From: Anthoceros angustus
Taxonomy: Eukaryota > Plantae > Anthocerotophyta
DNA: 64,000 nucleotides
Reading direction: 5' to 3'
Assembly (NCBI GenBank): GCA_010909165.1
Contig: VJWM01000255.1
Span: 62,001-126,000 of the forward strand
Part shown: piece after piece, positions 59,701-64,000 of the stretch
Position numbering within the stretch: the stretch's first letter is position 1
Layout of the letters: each line of letters starts with the position of its first letter
Position numbers and translations under genes: made by a program
The notes under the pieces: generated by a model
The model's database searches: none
Told to the model about the DNA's origin: nothing
Seen by the model: the letters and a program-made list of their open reading frames with translations, nothing else

Positions 59701-59892
59701 AGGGACATCAGAACAAATTTATGAAAATATGGCTACCAAATTTTTGGTGGGCAGTACATATTTCCATTGGCGCTTGGCGCCCACTTGGTTTGGTTTGAAT
59801 GTGGCGAGCGATGCTGCATCCGGAGCAGCTGGAAGACACCGGATCACGACCTTGCTCGCCTCGTCCTGGATGGTGGGTCGCGCAGGGGAGTG

Positions 59893-62800
59893 ATGGATGA
59901 CATGTCGCCTCCCGACGATGGGGAGAATGGACGTTGTTGCGCGTTCCTGGTGCCTGCTGATGCTCCCGCACTGGTGAGAATTCTGGGAGGATAGCAGGGT
60001 TTAAGAGCGCCAGGGGTTTAGTGGTCGAGGAATCGAGTGTCGGAGGTGATGGGTTCTGGAAATGCGGACTAGTGACTGGGTGGGAGTGGGTTGCAGGCGT
60101 TGAAGCATGGGGTAACCTGGATTGGGCGAGGCTCGTTTCCCGCCTCCCCTGCAGCTCAGAAGGCGTGCAGTAGGCGGCAAGCTCGGGTTGTGTGTAGAGA
60201 TGGCGGGTTGACGATCGAGTGCCACGGCTTGCGCCCACTCTACTTTGTTAGATGCCAGTGTTTGAATTTCTATGCCGAGCCGGTGAGATGACCCTTCTTG
60301 GCTCACGCAGCGAGACCGCGGGCTGTGTTCTGGGCTGCTGACGAGTGGAAGAAGTCCGTTTGTGGCTGCGCAGGAGACAGGGTGGGCGGGACTGCGGAAG
60401 TTGTCGAGAGGGGAGAGCGTCGTTCTTTCGGATGGTGACCTCTTCCATCTCGCGCATTCCCAGTGCTTGCTGAAGGTCGTTGTTGGACCTGCCCTGGAGA
60501 CTTCCAGCCAGCGGGTGATGGACTCTCCGGAAGTGCCACTTTTGCACGCAATACCTGCTCACGGTCCCGGAGCTCACGAAGAAGTTCGTCCTGAAGTTTC
60601 AGGAAGGAATGGCTTGTTAGGTCTGGGCTGAAGAGTTGATAGCTCTGGTGTTGGATGCTTTGCTCGGACAGATGGATGTTTTCAGTGGAAGGATTTGCTG
60701 AAGGGAGAGCCTGCTCTTTGTCTTTGTGCAGATGCAATGGACTCTGATCGTCCTCCTCTGTGCCCAGGGGGGGCCGCCTCAAGCTCAGCGGCTGCAGAAA
60801 GCTCGGCCGCTGAGTTTCGGAAGGACATGGAATCTGTAGTTGCCTCTATGACAGGCTACGAAGGGCTGGAGAAGATGAAGCTCATTAAACTTATTAATAA
60901 GACAGGTGCTGCCTTTACCGGCAAATGGACAGCACGTAACACACACTTGGTATGTATAGTGATCCTATGACGAGAGAGCAATTTCAGGATAATGGCAATG
61001 ATCTCATGGTATGCCAGGCTGTGGGCATATTTCGGACTGATGCAGGTGTGTTGGAAATTTTCGGGACCGAAATACAATATGGCCATTAGATCAGGAAAAA
61101 CAATTCTCATCAATCACCGATGGTTTGAAGATTGTTTGAGTAGAAATCGCAAGCTTCCCGAGCACTCGTACACTCTTCAAAGGTCAGGCTTTGCTTATTT
61201 GTGTGTTCTTCAGTTACAATATGCACATTATCCAGAAGTGTCGAGGATTGTGCAACGCTGAGCCAGTTTCGTGCGAGATACAGTGGTGAGGAGGTTGGGC
61301 CCTTGCTGTGGAATGACTTGGCTGCCGATCCTTCAGTCAGAAAAAAGCAAGGTAAAGATTCATTTGGATGCCTTGCATATCAGCTCATTTCCACACTTAG
61401 TAATGGTTTCTTATTCAAAACTTGATCACTTCTCCAGATTTGGATCTTAAAGGCAAGAAGATAGTTGATTTAACTGATGAGGCTGAGCCTTTGCAACCCA
61501 GCATTACCACATTGCTTCCGCAAGCGCAGGGTATTGATGAAGCTGGACCTTCAGCAGTACATGAGGTGAGGGGACTTTGATCCCAATGTCAACAAATTTT
61601 GGTTGTCATCTGGAAGTTCTGTGTTGTTCACAGGAGGTCTTAATCCCATGTCCCAGGTCGATTTCGCCAGATACAGAAGCAGGAGAAGACAGCGGGGTAA
61701 CACAGTTTCCGGGCAGCAAAGGTCGATGGAGCAAAGTTTGGGGCGATTGTCCCTATCTCCCGTCGATTCTGACACTGGGAAACGTCCACACCAACCAACA
61801 GGAGTTCCAGAACACAGAACCAAATTCAGAAGGCTTGCTAAGAGAAGTACTGCCGACGACCGAACAGGGCCTCAGCAGCCACGGGGTGGTGCCGATTTGG
61901 TTGAAGCTGTTGTACCTGAGGCAGTGATTGACTTAACCACTCCTCCAACGGCAAGACCTGATACCTCAGCGACCACATTTCAGCAGCAGCCGATACCAAT
62001 AATCGGCAGCCCAGACTACAGGACTCGGATAGCTGCTACAACGGATCCTCTGGAGTTGGGCTCTGACCTTGAGAGTCCAGACCACAGGATTCCGACAGGT
62101 AGTACAACAGGGCTCGTGGAGCTGGGCTGTACTGACCTGGGCATAGTGTCACCGTTGGTAGGACCAGCAGGTGGAACCTTGAACCATGCTGGGAAAGGTA
62201 GTCCCGAGGCAGAGATCGTGTGCGTGATCTGCTATGCTGACAAGCGAGCAGAGAATGGAGGAGTACTGAGCTGTGGCCATGAGTTCTGCTTCATTTGCAT
62301 CCATAAGTGGGCCCTTGAAGCCGTATGTCACTTCCATCGTCTTTCTACATCATGATGCTGAAAGGTGTGGTGATCTAGAGGATTGACGTGGTGCTAATCC
62401 TGTCGTGAATGCAGAAATACAAGGATCCTTTATGTCCTCTTTGCAAAGCACCCTTCGACAAAATCACCAAAAGGAGCCACAACACTCCAAACGGAGTATC
62501 CTGCCAGGACGAGGAGATCACTGTCGGTGTCATTCCAACAACTGCTTCGTTTCCCCCTGCAGTCACAGTGAGTTTCTCTGCCTTTGCCCATGCCAAGGTA
62601 GTCAGTCTTCCAAATGTTGAAGCAAATTTCTCAAAAACTCAAGCCTGCAGGAACGCTTCTGCATTACTTGCGGCAGCACAGACAGCCCCGACCTTATCTG
62701 CGTCTGCCGTGGCTGCTCCCAGAGAGCCATCCATATTTTCTGCATTGATCCTCCTGGCCACGTGAACGACGACTGGTTCTGCCCTCGCTGCCTCCCGCGG

Positions 62801-63151
62801 CGCCGCAGGTGAGGCCCATCCACTTTCCTTCTGTTTTGTTTTTCTCTCTTCGTTCGTCAAGTCCTAGTCCGACTCAAGCTTGTGATGCTTCTTATGGGGA
62901 GAGATGGGCGCAACAGAGAGCAATGGCAAAGTCTGCTCCCCGGCAACGCTGACTACCCGGGCTACCCCTCCAGGTCGAACCCACCCAGTGGCCGAGCCAT
63001 GAGGTCTATTAACCTGGACGAGGTGGAAATGGGGCGAACCCCCAGACCGCCCCCCGCTGCTTCCGCCGTCATCCCAGGGTCTAGCAGACATAGCAGCAGA
63101 TCCATGCAGCCGAGACAACAGTCGATCTCCAGTTTTGTTGTTAGACGTTGA
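59893..63151 (+). CDS. FHA-BRCT-RING-PHD protein (At1g67180/STUbL2-like core with an extra N-terminal FHA-like domain)
   Basis: FHA-like 'TWIGRG...CSRRQA...L.DGD.F.L'; BRCT 'SMTGYEGLEKMKLIKLI..TGA.F....NTHL/VCWKFSG.KY...NHRWFEDCL'; RING 'CVIC...CGHEFCFICI..W...CPLC'; PHD 'CITC...CRGC...HIFC.DPP....WFCPRC'. The stop is at 62952 or 63151 depending on the last acceptor. Confidence 0.8.
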
Positions 63152-63426
63152 GGAGTCTTACATGTTGAAGCCACTGCACCTAAACACAGACACACAGCTT
63201 GATTCGCAGGCTCAATCTACGCATCTTCTTCACAAAACTGGTGTCTGATGATGCTTTTGCACATGCTTCGGTCCTGGTAGAATCATGCTTCGGTCCTGGT
63301 AGAATCTCGTGTCACCAAGGTAATCCTGTGGTGTCGGGACAGAACGAAGCTCAGGTTGGAAAGGGCATCTGCCGGAGTTGTTACTTTCGGGGGCCAGAAA
63401 AGGCCTTCTTGGTACTCTGTCGATCT

Positions 63427-64000
63427 TTAATTAGTTAATATGTTATTGAAAACATTAACGGCTAACCTAGTTGCAGTCCGAATAAGATAACTGCTGGCGT
63501 CCACTTGCCGAACACTGGTTTGCTCCACTTCCAGTAGAACAAAGCTTTCCCTTTTGATTGTCCGTGAGGTCGGGGAGGTCCTGTTACAAACGCGTGAAAA
63601 TGGCTTCGGAAGAAGAAGGCCTACTACAGCTTGTGCCAGTTGAGTGCGTGCGCTTCTCTTCCGCAAACATTTGATCCCTGGAAATAGTGCGTGGGAGGGA
63701 ATTGAGGGATCGGAAGACCTGGTGCTGTGTGGTCCAAAGCGGTCGGAATTGATTCTGATCGTTGGAGAAAGTTCGGGCAGCTTGCGTGAGACAAGCAAAC
63801 GGAAAGAAGTGAAATCTTGCTCCTGAGGCTCGAAACCTGCGAGAATTGTGACTATATATGCTAGAATTGAATTCAAGACGGGGTGGAGGTTGCGCCATCA
63901 CGATCTGCGGTGTTTCGGGTTGTGAATTGTGCTTGTGTGAAGCCTAGCCCTAGGGGACCTGATCTCCAGCGCTGAATGGGATACCAGTTGGGATGAGGGC
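63427..64000 (-). mobile_element. Possible LTR retrotransposon 5' end (PBS-like TGGTATC followed by a degenerate ORF)
   Basis: The minus strand reads ...CAACTGGTATCCC at ~63990-63978, like LTR-end CA + a Met-tRNA-type PBS. An ATG follows at ~63898, but no recognisable protein motifs. Confidence 0.25.

Overview
Eukaryotic nuclear DNA from a compact-genome land plant with flagellated sperm. The evidence is short GT-AG introns of about 80-100 bp, the ciliary genes IFT52 and ZMYND12, and intronless fungal-type microbial terpene synthase-like (MTPSL) genes. A hornwort or other bryophyte is my inference, not a certainty. Two gene-dense blocks flank an accessory region. The left block (3.5-23 kb) holds IFT52, an AFG1-like ATPase, ZMYND12, RPL19, a GT2 glycosyltransferase, a BCM-like CAAX protein and an EF-hand gene. 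The right block (44.9-63.2 kb) holds ESF1, an At2g45060-like gene, a CBSX6-like gene, an Agenet-domain gene and an FHA-BRCT-RING-PHD gene. The accessory region (about 23.4-44.5 kb) is a birth-and-death array of trichodiene-synthase-fold MTPSL genes: 2 intact copies with transit-peptide-like N-termini and 4 decayed traces. These were co-duplicated with pieces of the neighbouring EF-hand gene and are interleaved with Copia, CACTA, MULE, hAT and Tc1/mariner elements, a P450 fragment, and a decayed bacterial-type N4C/N6A DNA methyltransferase. No rRNA, tRNA or CRISPR array was seen. Exon boundaries were read by eye, and CDS coordinates span first to last codon including introns.
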